A stretch of 64,000 bases of DNA from an uncultured Holophaga sp. (GCA_963664825.1 OY761614.1:1728001-1792000), one strand, 5' to 3'. Shown: positions 21,849 to 31,836, numbered from the stretch's first letter. A program made the numbers and translations. Notes: generated by a model not told the origin, from the letters alone.

Positions 21849-23093
21849 ATGAACACTTTCACTCACACGGCCTTGGAGCTGGACGTCCTGGACAAGGAGG
21901 GCCGCTTCGGCGAATTCGGAGGCGCCTACGTGCCTCCGGCTCTCGTGCAGCCCCTTCATGAACTGGCCGAGGCCTTCGATGCCGCGGCCCGCAAGGGGGA
22001 CCTGGCCCAGGAACTTTCAAGCCTGCTCCGGGACTATGCCGGGCGTCCCACGCCCCTCACCGAAGTGCCCGCCTATGCCGCGGCCCTGGGAGGGTGCCGG
22101 ATATTCCTCAAGCGGGAGGATCTGCTCCACACGGGCGCCCACAAGCTGAATAACGCCCTGGGCCAGGCCCTCCTGGCCAAGAGTATGGGCAAGGGCCACG
22201 TGGTGGCCGAGACCGGCGCGGGCCAGCATGGGGTGGCCACGGCCACGGCCGCGGCGCGCCTAGGGTTGCGCTGCACCGTATTCATGGGCGCCGTGGACGC
22301 CGCCCGGCAGCGCCTGAATGTCTTTCGCATGAAGATGCTGGGAGCCGACGTGATCGAGGTGCAGGGCGGGAACCGCACCCTGAAGGATGCCGTGGACGAG
22401 GCCATGGGCTACTACGTGGAACACGCTGCCGACACCTTCTACCTGCTGGGCAGCGCCGTGGGGCCCCATCCGTATCCTTCCATCGTGCGGGAGTTCCAGA
22501 AGATCATCAGCCTGGAGAGCCGCGCCCAGATGCTCCAGCAGGTCGGGGCCCTTCCGGAGGCCGTGGTGGCCTGCGTGGGGGGTGGGAGCAATGCCATCGG
22601 CGCCTTCAACGCCTACCTGGGGGACGAGGATGTTCGCCTCGTGGGCATCGAGGCCGGGGGGCGCAGTTTGGACCCAGGCCAGCACGCCGCTCGCTTCGCC
22701 ACGGGGCGCCCCGGGATCCTCCATGGCATGGCGACGGTGATACTCCTGGATGGCCAGGACCAAGTCCAGCCCACCCATAGCATCTCAGCGGGTCTGGACT
22801 ATCCCGGCGTCGGGCCCCAGCATGCTCAGCTCCGGGCCACCGGTCGCGCGGAATACGGATTTGCCACGGATGCGGAGGCGCTCACCGAATTCCACCGCCT
22901 GGCGCGCCTGGAGGGCATCATCCCCGCCCTGGAATCCAGCCATGCCCTGGCGGGGGCTGCCCAGTTGGCCCAGGAGCTGGAGGGTGAAGCCACGATCCTG
23001 GTCAATCTTAGCGGCCGAGGCGACAAGGACGTGGCCCAGGTGTCAGAGATGGAGGGAGAGCCGATGGGAGATCTTAGGGGGCCCTTCTGCTGA
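21849..23093 (+). CDS. trpB: Tryptophan synthase beta subunit (TrpB1-type)
   Basis: GRFGEFGGAYVP, KREDLLHTGAHKLNN (PLP Lys), AETGAGQHG, SISAGLDYPGVGP, NLSGRGDKD; AGGAG RBS before ATG 21849. Confidence 0.97.
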   Translation: MNTFTHTALELDVLDKEGRFGEFGGAYVPPALVQPLHELAEAFDAAARKGDLAQELSSLLRDYAGRPTPLTEVPAYAAALGGCRIFLKREDLLHTGAHKLNNALGQALLAKSMGKGHVVAETGAGQHGVATATAAARLGLRCTVFMGAVDAARQRLNVFRMKMLGADVIEVQGGNRTLKDAVDEAMGYYVEHAADTFYLLGSAVGPHPYPSIVREFQKIISLESRAQMLQQVGALPEAVVACVGGGSNAIGAFNAYLGDEDVRLVGIEAGGRSLDPGQHAARFATGRPGILHGMATVILLDGQDQVQPTHSISAGLDYPGVGPQHAQLRATGRAEYGFATDAEALTEFHRLARLEGIIPALESSHALAGAAQLAQELEGEATILVNLSGRGDKDVAQVSEMEGEPMGDLRGPFC

Positions 23094-23123
23094 AGGCCGG
23101 GTGCGCAATTCTGGAATTCCGCC

Positions 23124-23151
23124 TTGTCTTTCAAGGCTCTTGGGCTAGACT
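23124..23151 (+). promoter_or_regulatory. Putative promoter of rplS
   Basis: TTGTCT-N16-TAGACT; same -10 hexamer and spacing as the rpmB candidate. Confidence 0.55.
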
Positions 23152-23232
23152 GGTCGTTCCCCCCGTGTGGGGCTTTTCGTGTGCTATGTCCCCGGCGCCA
23201 GCCGTGCAGGACCGCTAGCCCCAGAGGAAACC

Positions 23233-23598
23233 ATGAACATCATCGACAAACTCGAAGCCGGCCTGCTTCGCCACGACCTGCCCCGCCTCTCCCCCGGCGA
23301 CACCGTGAAGGTGCACGTGAAGGTGCGGGAAGGGGAGAAGGAGCGCATCCAGGTCTTCCAGGGTGTGGTCATCTGCATCAAGGGCGGCGGCATCCGCACC
23401 TCCTTCACCGTTCGCAAGATCTCCAACGGTGTGGGCGTGGAGCGCGTCTTCCCCCTCCACAGCCCCTCCATCGACAAGATGGAAGTGGTCCGGAGCGGCA
23501 AGGTCCGTCGTGCCAAGCTCTACTTCCTGCGGGAGAAGCTCGGCAAGAAGGGGCGCCTGAAGGAAGTCCGTCGCGTCGAGGCCCTCGTCGCCGAGTAG
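23233..23598 (+). CDS. rplS: 50S ribosomal protein L19
   Basis: [27 protein letters not shown]...[17 protein letters not shown]...[12 protein letters not shown]. Confidence 0.98.
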   Translation: MNIIDKLEAGLLRHDLPRLSPGDTVKVHVKVREGEKERIQVFQGVVICIKGGGIRTSFTVRKISNGVGVERVFPLHSPSIDKMEVVRSGKVRRAKLYFLREKLGKKGRLKEVRRVEALVAE

Positions 23599-23608
23599 GC
23601 TTCACACC

Positions 23609-23644
23609 CATGGAAAAGGCGCTCTTCGGAGCGCCTTTTCCATG
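23609..23644 (+). terminator. Intrinsic terminator after rplS
   Basis: CATGGAAAAGGCGCTC-ttcg-GAGCGCCTTTTCCATG. Confidence 0.8.
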
Positions 23645-23709
23645 TACAGATGACATTTCTGTGGCGGGAAGCCGCTAGGCTAGAGCCAACCCTCCACAGG
23701 AGTTTATCC

Positions 23710-24255
23710 ATGAAAGTGACGCGCATCGGATTTCTCACCGCCATTCTGGCCCTCGGGGGCGTGATGGCTTCGGCCCAGGATGTCCAGTTCGGGGCCCAGG
23801 GCGGCCTGAATCTTCCTCTAGGAAATCTGGATTCGGCCGTGGACGGGCGCATCGGCTACACCATCGGCGGCCATGTGGGCCTCTATTACGGCAACGGCCA
23901 CGAGCTGCGCCCCCGGGTGGACTACACCTACTACGCCGGCGGATGGACGCCAGACGGGTCCGGACCTTTCAAGAAGAACACCGTTTCCGCCTGGGGCATG
24001 GGCGCCGACTACATCTACTACACCGAGATGCATCCCCAGGGCTTCTACCTGGTCATGGGCCTGGGCTTTCAGAATTGGACCGTGGACCCCGAGCATGCTT
24101 CCAGCGAGAGCAAGACCTCCCTGTCCCTGGCGGCGGGCGCGGGATATCGCTTCAACCGGAGCTTTTCGGTGGAGGGTCGCTTCACCACCGGCCAGTTCCG
24201 GTCCAATGACGGCCAGGCCAATGCCCTGCAGGTGCTGGCCTCCATCCGGTTCTAA
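23710..24255 (+). CDS. Small outer-membrane beta-barrel protein
   Basis: Signal peptide, alternating beta-strand pattern, AGAGYRFNRSFSVEGRF, C-terminal Phe. Confidence 0.8.
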   Translation: MKVTRIGFLTAILALGGVMASAQDVQFGAQGGLNLPLGNLDSAVDGRIGYTIGGHVGLYYGNGHELRPRVDYTYYAGGWTPDGSGPFKKNTVSAWGMGADYIYYTEMHPQGFYLVMGLGFQNWTVDPEHASSESKTSLSLAAGAGYRFNRSFSVEGRFTTGQFRSNDGQANALQVLASIRF

Positions 24256-24262
24256 GGCGCTC

Positions 24263-24303
24263 TACGCAAAGAGACCGCGCCACAAGCGCGGTCTCTTTGC
24301 GTA
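24263..24303. terminator. Long hairpin between convergent genes (likely bidirectional terminator)
   Basis: TACGCAAAGAGACCGCGC-cacaa-GCGCGGTCTCTTTGCGTA. Confidence 0.7.
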
Positions 24304-24332
24304 CGGTGACGAGGTTTGACGAACTCTAGGGC

Positions 24333-24755
24333 CTAGCCGCTGATGAGCGTCTTCAGGCCTTCGCGGAAGAGGACCTCTACCTTGCGTCCGGCTTTGCGCT
24401 GGATACGGCCCAGGCCGAAACTCGGGTGATCCATCCAGAGGCCTTCGCTCCACACCGTGGCCGGGCTGTAGGGCTGGGCCTTGGCGCCAGCCTGTTCGGA
24501 GATCATCAGTTCCTGGAAGTGGTTGGGGCTGGAGGCCGCCTTGGGCGCCGAGGCCGTGGACAAGCGGGGGGCCCTCGGGGAGGATGCGGCCTTGGGTGCC
24601 TTCTCCGTGCGGAACTTATGCACGGACTTGCAACTCACACAGATGAGCTTTTCGGGGATTCCATCGGTGATGGAGAGGATCCGATGCAGGGTTTCGCCCT
24701 TGCATCGCCCGCAGGGAGCATCGAGATCCATTCCTGCGTAGTAGGACTTCGTCAT
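24333..24755 (-). CDS. Hypothetical protein with N-terminal Cys pairs and a small C-terminal beta domain
   Basis: CGRC...CVSC..H; C-terminal HPSFGLGRI...VEVLFREGLKTL. Confidence 0.7.
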   Translation of the reverse strand: MTKSYYAGMDLDAPCGRCKGETLHRILSITDGIPEKLICVSCKSVHKFRTEKAPKAASSPRAPRLSTASAPKAASSPNHFQELMISEQAGAKAQPYSPATVWSEGLWMDHPSFGLGRIQRKAGRKVEVLFREGLKTLISG

Positions 24756-24916
24756 GACAACAGTCTAGCGCAGGGAGGCGCCGATGGGCAGGCGTGGTAG
24801 CATCCCTGTGTTCCAAACCCTTGAAAAAACGCTTCCAGCAGAAGGTGCATTCCCCGCTTTTGCGAGTATTCCCTCGCCCACCTCGCCACCCCAACCTCAC
24901 TTTTCGGGAGCTCTCC

Positions 24917-25384
24917 ATGAACGAATCCATGCCGCCTCAGGGCTTTGGGCGCTTCACCAAACACATCCTGCTCGGCGCCCTCTTCGGTGGTCTTCTGTCC
25001 GCCATTCCCATCCTCAGCTGCCTCAATTGCCTATTCTGTCTTCTCAATATCGCGGGCATCGTCATCGCCCTTTCGATGTATCTGAAGGCGAACCCCCAGG
25101 ACACGATCAGCAATGCCGAGGCGGCAGGTTTCGGGGCTATCGCAGGGGCTGGAGCCGGTCTCATCGCCAGCCTTCTGGGCTTCCTGGTCAACATGCTCAT
25201 CGGCGGACTGATGGCCTCGCTGATGGCCAATATTCCTGGCGTTGGACGGAACATGATGGCTTCCACCGCTGCGCTGGGCGTGCTCTTCATCCCCATTAAT
25301 GTGATCCTGTACGCCGCCTTCGGTGCCCTGGGGAGCTTCGTCGGTCTGCAGTTGTTCTTCAAGAACAAGATCCGCCGGGCTTGA
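24917..25384 (+). CDS. Hypothetical multi-pass membrane protein
   Basis: About four hydrophobic Gly-rich helices; GGAG RBS. Confidence 0.7.
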   Translation: MNESMPPQGFGRFTKHILLGALFGGLLSAIPILSCLNCLFCLLNIAGIVIALSMYLKANPQDTISNAEAAGFGAIAGAGAGLIASLLGFLVNMLIGGLMASLMANIPGVGRNMMASTAALGVLFIPINVILYAAFGALGSFVGLQLFFKNKIRRA

Positions 25385-25836
25385 ACGGACGGATTCGATT
25401 CAGGTTCCCAGTCCTGTTGAGGCTCCTCCTGGCCTTGGCAGGGCTGGCGCCCTGGTTGCTGGTCCTGTTGAAGGAACATGGGTTGCTGTTGAGGCCCGCC
25501 TTCCATACCTTCTGCCACCAGCTTCCCGAGCGGACCCTGGTGCTGATGGGCCATCCGATGGTCGTGTGCAGCCGCTGTGCGGGGATATACGGAGGTATGG
25601 CTCTCGGAGCCCTGGTACCGGCCTCCGGCTTCATCACGCGGCGAGGGCGCCTGCTGCTCCTGCTCAGCCTCGGGTTGATGCTGGTGGATGTTTTGGCGCA
25701 GGATCTGGGGCTCCGGCCTCCCAGTCATTTCGCACGGATCGCGACGGGCCTCTTCCTCGGATGGAGCGCCAGCGCCTACCTGTTCGCCTCGATCCAGGAA
25801 CCGGAAGCACCAGCCTCGTCCTTCAAAGAGGGCTGA
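25381..25836 (+). CDS. DUF2085-like membrane protein
   Basis: CHQLPERT...VCSRCAGIYGG...RIATG. Confidence 0.75.
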   Translation: MNGRIRFRFPVLLRLLLALAGLAPWLLVLLKEHGLLLRPAFHTFCHQLPERTLVLMGHPMVVCSRCAGIYGGMALGALVPASGFITRRGRLLLLLSLGLMLVDVLAQDLGLRPPSHFARIATGLFLGWSASAYLFASIQEPEAPASSFKEG

Positions 25837-25981
25837 CCAGGCTCGAGTAGGCTGCTTTTCCTGGGGCCTGAGAAAGGGCAGATAGGATGAGGCCCTCTTG
25901 GTTAAGATGCTTTATTCGAAAACTCTGCTGCAACCGACTGAACCTGGATGCCATTAATTTCTTTGACCTAAAGGAGACACC

Positions 25982-26311
25982 ATGTTTTGCCCCAAATGCG
26001 GGAACGAAGTCGCCGACCACGCGGTCGTCTGTGTGAAATGTGGAGGCGCCATCAATTCATCCACCGCCTCGGCTATCAATCCCCCGGCCAATCCGCTTGC
26101 CAAGTCGAGAATGGCCTTCATCCTGCTTGGAATCTTTCTGGGGGGGCTCGGGATTCACAATTTCTATGCGGGTTATACGGGGAAAGCCGTGGCTCAGCTG
26201 CTGATTTCAGTCCTAACGTGCGGTTTTGGAGGAATCATCTCTTGGATCTGGGCGGTGGTAGAGGTCTGCACGATCGAGGTCGATGCCTCTGGCAAACCTT
26301 TTATCAGTTAG
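25982..26311 (+). CDS. Zinc-ribbon plus TM2 domain protein
   Basis: MFCPKCG...CVKCG; KSRMAFILLGIFLGGLGIHNFYAGY. Confidence 0.85.
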   Translation: MFCPKCGNEVADHAVVCVKCGGAINSSTASAINPPANPLAKSRMAFILLGIFLGGLGIHNFYAGYTGKAVAQLLISVLTCGFGGIISWIWAVVEVCTIEVDASGKPFIS

Positions 26312-27493
26312 CTCGATTCCCGCGATCTCCCGGGCACCCAAGAAGGCGGCAAGGCGCTCCAGGGCCTCCCTCAATTTTTTCATCCGGATCTTCGTGGGCT
26401 TGATCCCGGGTTCCCACCAGAGCCCCCGCACTTCCAACAGTCCCCGGTCCCGGTGGAACTTGGGATCCAGGCGGCCCACGAGGCGCTTGCCTTCCAGCAG
26501 GGGCATCACGTAGTAGCCAAAGGTGCGCTTGGGTTCGGGCGTGAAAGCCTCGAAGTGGTAGTCGAAGCCAAAGCGGTTCAGGGCTCGGCCACGATCGCGG
26601 AGCACGGGATCAAAGGGACTCAGGAGCCGCAGGGCCTGGGGCGCTTCCGGCAACCGGGCCAGCCGTTCCTCCCAGTCCGCCAGGGCCCAGGCCTTCTGAG
26701 GCCAGGAATCATGTACATGTGCGATATCCACGGGTACCAAGCGGCCCTGCCGACCCGCGTTCTGGCACCAGGCTCGGACCTCCGCGGGACCCAGGGCATT
26801 CCAGAAGGCCGCCAGTTCCCTTGGTGTGAAGATGACCAGTCGCTCCGCCGCGCTGGCGCAGACCCACTCTCGGTGGGCTTCGGGAGCGGGTTCGGGTGAG
26901 GCTGTCGCCTCGGGCAGCACCCGCTCGGTCAGGTCATAGCGCTTGTGGAAGTTCAGCCGCCCGGCAATGGCCAGCTGACCCGTGCGCCAAAGATAATCCA
27001 GGGCGGCCTTCTGGGGTTTCCAGCCCCACCAAGGGCCACGCCTCTCGGGATGGTCGAAGTCCGCGCTGCCGAGGGGGCCTTCTGCGGTGATGCGCTCCAG
27101 CACATGGGCGCAGACCCGTTCGGTCTCGGGGCCCAGCAAATTCTGCCACCAGGCATGGTTCTCGATGCGGGCCCGGTCCCGGGCGAAACGTGGCTTCCAC
27201 TGGGGATACCAGGCCGTGGGGATGAGGGAAGCGTCGTGGGTCCAGCCCTCGAAGAGGGCCCGATCCTCCTCAAGCAAGGCCTCCAGCTGCGGGGGGCGGT
27301 AGCCCTCCAGGCGGCTGAAGAGCGTCAGGTCGTGGGCGCGTCCCACCACATTGATGGTGTCCACCTGCACGAAGCCCAGGCGCTCGATGGTTTCGAGTAG
27401 CTCCTGCTTCGTGGCCCGCCGACGAGGGTCCTCGAGCAACCCTTGGGCTCCTAGGAATAGTTGGGTGGCATCGGATGCGGGGATGGTGGGCAC
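26213..27493 (-). CDS. YcaQ/AlkZ-family winged-helix DNA glycosylase
   Basis: LGFVQVDTINVVGRAH (QxD), WWGWKPQK, LLSPFDPVL, KRTFGYYVMPLL..LVGRLDPK. Confidence 0.85.
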   Translation of the reverse strand: MPTIPASDATQLFLGAQGLLEDPRRRATKQELLETIERLGFVQVDTINVVGRAHDLTLFSRLEGYRPPQLEALLEEDRALFEGWTHDASLIPTAWYPQWKPRFARDRARIENHAWWQNLLGPETERVCAHVLERITAEGPLGSADFDHPERRGPWWGWKPQKAALDYLWRTGQLAIAGRLNFHKRYDLTERVLPEATASPEPAPEAHREWVCASAAERLVIFTPRELAAFWNALGPAEVRAWCQNAGRQGRLVPVDIAHVHDSWPQKAWALADWEERLARLPEAPQALRLLSPFDPVLRDRGRALNRFGFDYHFEAFTPEPKRTFGYYVMPLLEGKRLVGRLDPKFHRDRGLLEVRGLWWEPGIKPTKIRMKKLREALERLAAFLGAREIAGIELTDKRFARGIDLDRADLYHRPDPRDDSSKTAR

Positions 27494-27646
27494 GGGGCAA
27501 TCCCAAGGTGAGGGTTCATCTTCCGCTGATTTTCCTTTCCCTCATCGTTTCGGAAAATCCCATTCCAAGAATTTGTAAAAGGGTGCAGAATCCCCTCACC
27601 CATTCCGGCATCCCATTCATCACCCACTTCAGAGGGAGGTTCTGCC

Positions 27647-28090
27647 ATGGCTACCATGAAGCACATCCTGGAGACGAAGGGCGACACCTTCTGGTTCGTG
27701 GCTCCGGATGCCCAGGTCCTAAGTGCGCTGAAGATGCTCACGGAAAAGCGCATCGGCGTCGTGCTTGTGATGGACGGAGAGAGGCTCTGGGGGGTCTTCT
27801 CCGAGCGGGATTTCGTGCGTTTGGCCATGAAGACGGGCAGCTTCTCGCCAGAGCTGCCCGTGAGCGAGGTGATGACCAGTCCCGTGTTCTGCGTGAAGCT
27901 CGACACCACCGTGGACGAATGTATGGCCCTGATGACAGAAAAACGCATCCGCCACGTCCCCGTCCTGGATGGTTCGATGGTCGTAGGCATCGTCTCCATC
28001 GGCGATGTGGTGAAAGCCCTCGTGGCCGAACGCGAGAGCGTCATCCGAGGCCTGGAGAACTACATCGCCGTGGGGGAATTCCCGACTTAG
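27647..28090 (+). CDS. CBS-domain pair protein
   Basis: GVFSERDFVR...VSEVMT...MTEKRIRHVPV...GIVSIGDVVK. Confidence 0.92.
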   Translation: MATMKHILETKGDTFWFVAPDAQVLSALKMLTEKRIGVVLVMDGERLWGVFSERDFVRLAMKTGSFSPELPVSEVMTSPVFCVKLDTTVDECMALMTEKRIRHVPVLDGSMVVGIVSIGDVVKALVAERESVIRGLENYIAVGEFPT

Positions 28091-28118
28091 AAATCGGGCT
28101 CTGGCGAGCCCGATTTCT
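28089..28118. terminator. Hairpin between the convergent CBS and topA genes
   Basis: AGAAATCGGGCTC-tggc-GAGCCCGATTTCT. Confidence 0.6.
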
Positions 28119-28174
28119 GTTGGGTAATGATTGTCTCCGCGCCGCGGCTTTTCTAATTTCGTGCTCGCACGAAA

Positions 28175-30634
28175 TTAGCCCATGGGCTCTTCGTGCTTGC
28201 AGGCCGGGCAGAGGAGGACGGTGATGGGGTCCTTGCCCCGGGGCTTGCGGGTCTTCTCGGTCATGTAGTTGGCCTTGCAGGCCGGGCAGCTCATGGGCAC
28301 AGGCTTATCCCAGGCCGTGAAATCGCACTTGGGGTAATTGGTGCAGCCGTAGAAGATCTTGCCGAAGCGGCTCTTGCGGGGGCTGAGGTCGCCGCCGCAC
28401 TTGGGGCAGGGCACGCCCAGGATCTCCTTCTTCACGGTCTTGCACGTGGGGTAGTCCACGCAGCATACGAATTCACCGTAGCGGCCATGGCGCTTCACGT
28501 AGTGCTTGCCGCAGGTGGGGCACTTCTCTTCCAGGGGCACATCGGGGGGCACGGGGATGCCCTTGGGATCGGCCTTCACGATGCCCCGGCAATCGGGATA
28601 GTTGGGGCAGGCCCAGAAGGGACCCCACTGGCCCCTGCGCAGGTTCATGGGGGTCGTGCCGCAGAGGGGGCATTCGGGAGCGTCCTCGGGCTCGTCCAGG
28701 GGTTCGAGCTCCTCCGTGTGATCGCATTCGGGATACTTGGAACATCCCAGGAAGAGGCCGTTCCTCCCATAGCGCTTGAGCATGATGGCCTTGCACTTCT
28801 TGCACAGGATTTCCGTGGGGACGCCGGCCTTAAGGTTGGCCATGTCCTTGCTGGCGCTCTTGAGCAGCATCTCGAAGGGGGTGTAGAAGGTCCTGAGCAT
28901 CTTCCCGTAGGTAATCTCGCCGCCCTCGATGCGGTCCAGCTGATCCTCCATGCCGCTGGTGTAGCGCGGGTCCATGAGCTCGGGGAAGCCCTGCACCAGC
29001 AGATCGGTGACGGCCATGCCGATCTCGGTGGGCTTGAAGCGCCCTTCGATCTTCTTCACGTAATCGCGGTTCTGGATGGTGGCGATGATGCTGGCGTAGG
29101 TGGAGGGGCGTCCGATGCCATCCTCCTCCAGCTCCTTCACCAGGGTGCCTTCCGAGTAGCGCGCCGGGGGCTTGGTGAACTGCTGCTCGGTCTCGAGCGT
29201 CTCAAGCTTCAGGGTCTCGCCCTTCTTGAGATCAGGCAGGCCGACGTTTTCCTCTTCCTCCTCCTCGGAGGCGTCCACCTGTTCGGCGGCGCTCTGGGCG
29301 GTATCGGCGCGGTAGGCCGCGAGCCAGCCGGGGAAGCGTTCGATTTCGCCCTTGGCCTCGAAGAGCGCCACTTCTCCGCTCTCCAGGGCGCTTTCGGCCT
29401 CCACCCGCGTTTCGTCGATGCGGGTGGCCTCCATCTGGCAGGCCACGGTGCGGCGCCAGATGAGGGCGTAGAGGCGGAACTCATCGGGACCCAGGCGGCC
29501 CTGCAGGCTTTCGGGAGTCCTGGCGATATCGGTGGGGCGGATGGCTTCGTGGGCGTCCTGGGCGGCGGCCTTGCCCTTGAATATCTTGGCCTTGGCGGGC
29601 AGATATTCCTTGCCCCACTGCTTCTTGATGTATTCCCGGGCGGCCTCGATGGCCTCGGGGGCCAGTCGGGGCGAATCCGTGCGCATGTAGGTGATGAGGC
29701 CCACCGGGCCCTCGCCGGAATCTACGCCTTCGTAGAGGCGCTGGGCGTTCTGCATGGTGCGCGATACGGAGAAGCGCAGCTTGGCAGCCGCCTCCTGCTG
29801 GAGCTTGGCGGTGGTGAAGGGTGCCGGGGCGTTGCGCAGCTTCTCCTTGGTCTCCAGGGCCGTCACCTTCCACGCGGCCTTCAGGATCTGGTCTCGCAGG
29901 GAGTGGGCCTGTTTCTCGTTCTTGATCCGGGCCTTCGTCTCCTTGTTTCCAAGCTGGAGAACCAGGCCATTGAGTTTCATGAATTTCATCCAGAATTGGG
30001 GCGGCAGCTTGGCTGCGAACTTCCCCCGGAGCACCCAGTATTCGACGGGCTTGAAGGCCTGGATTTCGTGCTCGCGGTCGACGATGAGGCGCAGGGCCAC
30101 GCTCTGGACGCGTCCCGCGGAGAGGCCCCGCTTCACCTTGTCCCAGAGCACCTGGCTCACCTTGTAGCCCACGATGCGGTCCAGCACCCGGCGGGCCCGT
30201 TGGGCGTCCACCAATTGCCGGTTCAGTTCCGTGGGGGAGGCCATGGCCTTCTGAATGCCGTTTTGCGTGATCTCATTGAAGAGGACGCGGGTCACCTTCA
30301 GGCCCTTGGGGGGTTTGATGGCCTCCAGCAGATGCCAGCTGATGGCCTCCCCTTCGCGGTCAGGGTCAGTTGCCAGGATCAGTTCTTCGACCCCTTTGGC
30401 CGCGGCCCTGAGGCCCGTCACCACCTTGGCCTTGGCGGCCGGGATCTCGTAGATCTCCTGAAACGCCTCGGCCACATTGATGACGGGCACCTTCTTGCCG
30501 CCGATCTCTACGGCCTCCTTGGTGGGCAGATCCCGGATATGGCCCACGCTCGCCATGACCTTGTAGCCCTTGCCAAGGTATTTAGTGATGGTCTTGGCCT
30601 TCGAAGGGCTTTCGACGATGACGAGCTTGGTCAC
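28175..30634 (-). CDS. topA: DNA topoisomerase I with C-terminal zinc ribbons
   Basis: LVIVESPSKAKTI, ATDPDREGEAI, SAGRVQS, LITYMRTDS, GIGRPSTYA, repeated C4 ribbons. Confidence 0.98.
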   Translation of the reverse strand: MTKLVIVESPSKAKTITKYLGKGYKVMASVGHIRDLPTKEAVEIGGKKVPVINVAEAFQEIYEIPAAKAKVVTGLRAAAKGVEELILATDPDREGEAISWHLLEAIKPPKGLKVTRVLFNEITQNGIQKAMASPTELNRQLVDAQRARRVLDRIVGYKVSQVLWDKVKRGLSAGRVQSVALRLIVDREHEIQAFKPVEYWVLRGKFAAKLPPQFWMKFMKLNGLVLQLGNKETKARIKNEKQAHSLRDQILKAAWKVTALETKEKLRNAPAPFTTAKLQQEAAAKLRFSVSRTMQNAQRLYEGVDSGEGPVGLITYMRTDSPRLAPEAIEAAREYIKKQWGKEYLPAKAKIFKGKAAAQDAHEAIRPTDIARTPESLQGRLGPDEFRLYALIWRRTVACQMEATRIDETRVEAESALESGEVALFEAKGEIERFPGWLAAYRADTAQSAAEQVDASEEEEEENVGLPDLKKGETLKLETLETEQQFTKPPARYSEGTLVKELEEDGIGRPSTYASIIATIQNRDYVKKIEGRFKPTEIGMAVTDLLVQGFPELMDPRYTSGMEDQLDRIEGGEITYGKMLRTFYTPFEMLLKSASKDMANLKAGVPTEILCKKCKAIMLKRYGRNGLFLGCSKYPECDHTEELEPLDEPEDAPECPLCGTTPMNLRRGQWGPFWACPNYPDCRGIVKADPKGIPVPPDVPLEEKCPTCGKHYVKRHGRYGEFVCCVDYPTCKTVKKEILGVPCPKCGGDLSPRKSRFGKIFYGCTNYPKCDFTAWDKPVPMSCPACKANYMTEKTRKPRGKDPITVLLCPACKHEEPMG

Positions 30635-30676
30635 GGTTCTCTCCAAATCGCTTAAATGTGGATCATCGCACGAGCG

Positions 30677-31513
30677 TCAAGGACAATTCTTCCAAAGGGG
30701 GAGACTTCCCAGATCCTCCAGGATATCGCGAGGGCTCCGACAGAGTCGGGCAGCCCCCTCCCGCAGGAGCGAATTGGGGCCCTCCGCCATTGGGTTTTCG
30801 GGAGTTCCCGGACAGGCCCAGAGTTCCCGGCCGAGATCGAGCGCCAGCCTCGCCGTCACCAGGGAACCGGATTTGATCCGGGCTTCGATCACCACCACCC
30901 CTTGGGTCCAGGCCGCCAGGAGCCAGTTGCGCCGGGGGAAATGCCATTTCTGAGGCCTCGAATCCGGAGGGAAGGGCGTGATCACGCCCCCTCTTTCGGC
31001 CATCCTGTCCATCATATGGCGGTGTTCCATGGGATAGGGATGATCCAGGCCGGAGCCCATGATGCCCCAGGTGGGCCCCGCTTCCAGGGCCCCCTCGTGG
31101 GCGGCGCCATCTATGCCCCGGGCCAGGCCCGAAAGCACGGCCACACCGGCCTGGGTGAGGGCCTTCGCCCAGGTGTGGGCCCGGGCCCGCCCCCCCGCAC
31201 TGGCCTCCCGACTGCCCACCATCGCCAGGGCCGGGCCCGCGGGCGGGAGGCTGCCTCGCACCCAGAGCGCCACTGGGTAGGGCAGTTCGGCAAGAAATGG
31301 GCCCATCCCGGGGTCTGAGGGCAGCATCAAACGCGCCCCACGATCCCGTGCCTCCTCCCGTAGCCTCTCCGGCTGGAGCCCTTCCAGGGCCCTGAGGGCC
31401 TCCCCCTCGAGATGGGGGCTCTGCCCCTGCTGGAGGGCGGCCCAAAGCTGGGCCTTCTGGCCTTCGGGCCAGGGAAGCAGGGTGAAAGCGAGAGCCCAGC
31501 GGTCGAGTTCCAT
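30677..31513 (-). CDS. dprA: DNA-processing protein DprA
   Basis: AMVGSR, SGLARGIDGAAH, FPRRN, VVIEARIKSGSLVTA; adjacent to topA. Confidence 0.93.
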   Translation of the reverse strand: MELDRWALAFTLLPWPEGQKAQLWAALQQGQSPHLEGEALRALEGLQPERLREEARDRGARLMLPSDPGMGPFLAELPYPVALWVRGSLPPAGPALAMVGSREASAGGRARAHTWAKALTQAGVAVLSGLARGIDGAAHEGALEAGPTWGIMGSGLDHPYPMEHRHMMDRMAERGGVITPFPPDSRPQKWHFPRRNWLLAAWTQGVVVIEARIKSGSLVTARLALDLGRELWACPGTPENPMAEGPNSLLREGAARLCRSPRDILEDLGSLPLWKNCP

Positions 31514-31572
31514 AGGGAATGCCCTACCTTCGCCGGGAAGGCGCCCCGCCGCAAGCCCATCACGAATTAGCC

Positions 31573-31600
31573 TTGAGATTCCGGGAATACTTGGTAGACT
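31573..31600 (+). promoter_or_regulatory. Putative promoter of rpmB
   Basis: TTGAGA-N16-TAGACT with TGn extended -10. Confidence 0.6.
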
Positions 31601-31644
31601 AACGTTCCTTTGGCAGTGCCGTATCCGGAATCCATGAGGTCGCC

Positions 31645-31836
31645 ATGTCCCGTCAATGTGAAGTTTGCGGTAAGAAGCCCCAGTTCGGGCACAACGTCAG
31701 TCACTCCCACAACATCACGAACCGCCGCTGGAATCCCAATCTCCAGCCCGTGCGCGCCCTGGTGAACGGCGTGCCCAAGCGCATCCGCGTCTGCACCTCC
31801 TGCCTCCAGGCCGGCAAGGTCATCAAGAACATCTGA
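31645..31836 (+). CDS. rpmB: 50S ribosomal protein L28
   Basis: [34 protein letters not shown]...VCTSCL. Confidence 0.97.
   Translation: MSRQCEVCGKKPQFGHNVSHSHNITNRRWNPNLQPVRALVNGVPKRIRVCTSCLQAGKVIKNI

Noticed and set aside
28193..30655. 820-aa ORF antisense to topA (likewise 3740-5557 opposite cheA, 7-1032 opposite the MCP, 39888-41372 opposite ABC-F)
   Set aside because: Shadow ORFs opposite well-supported genes
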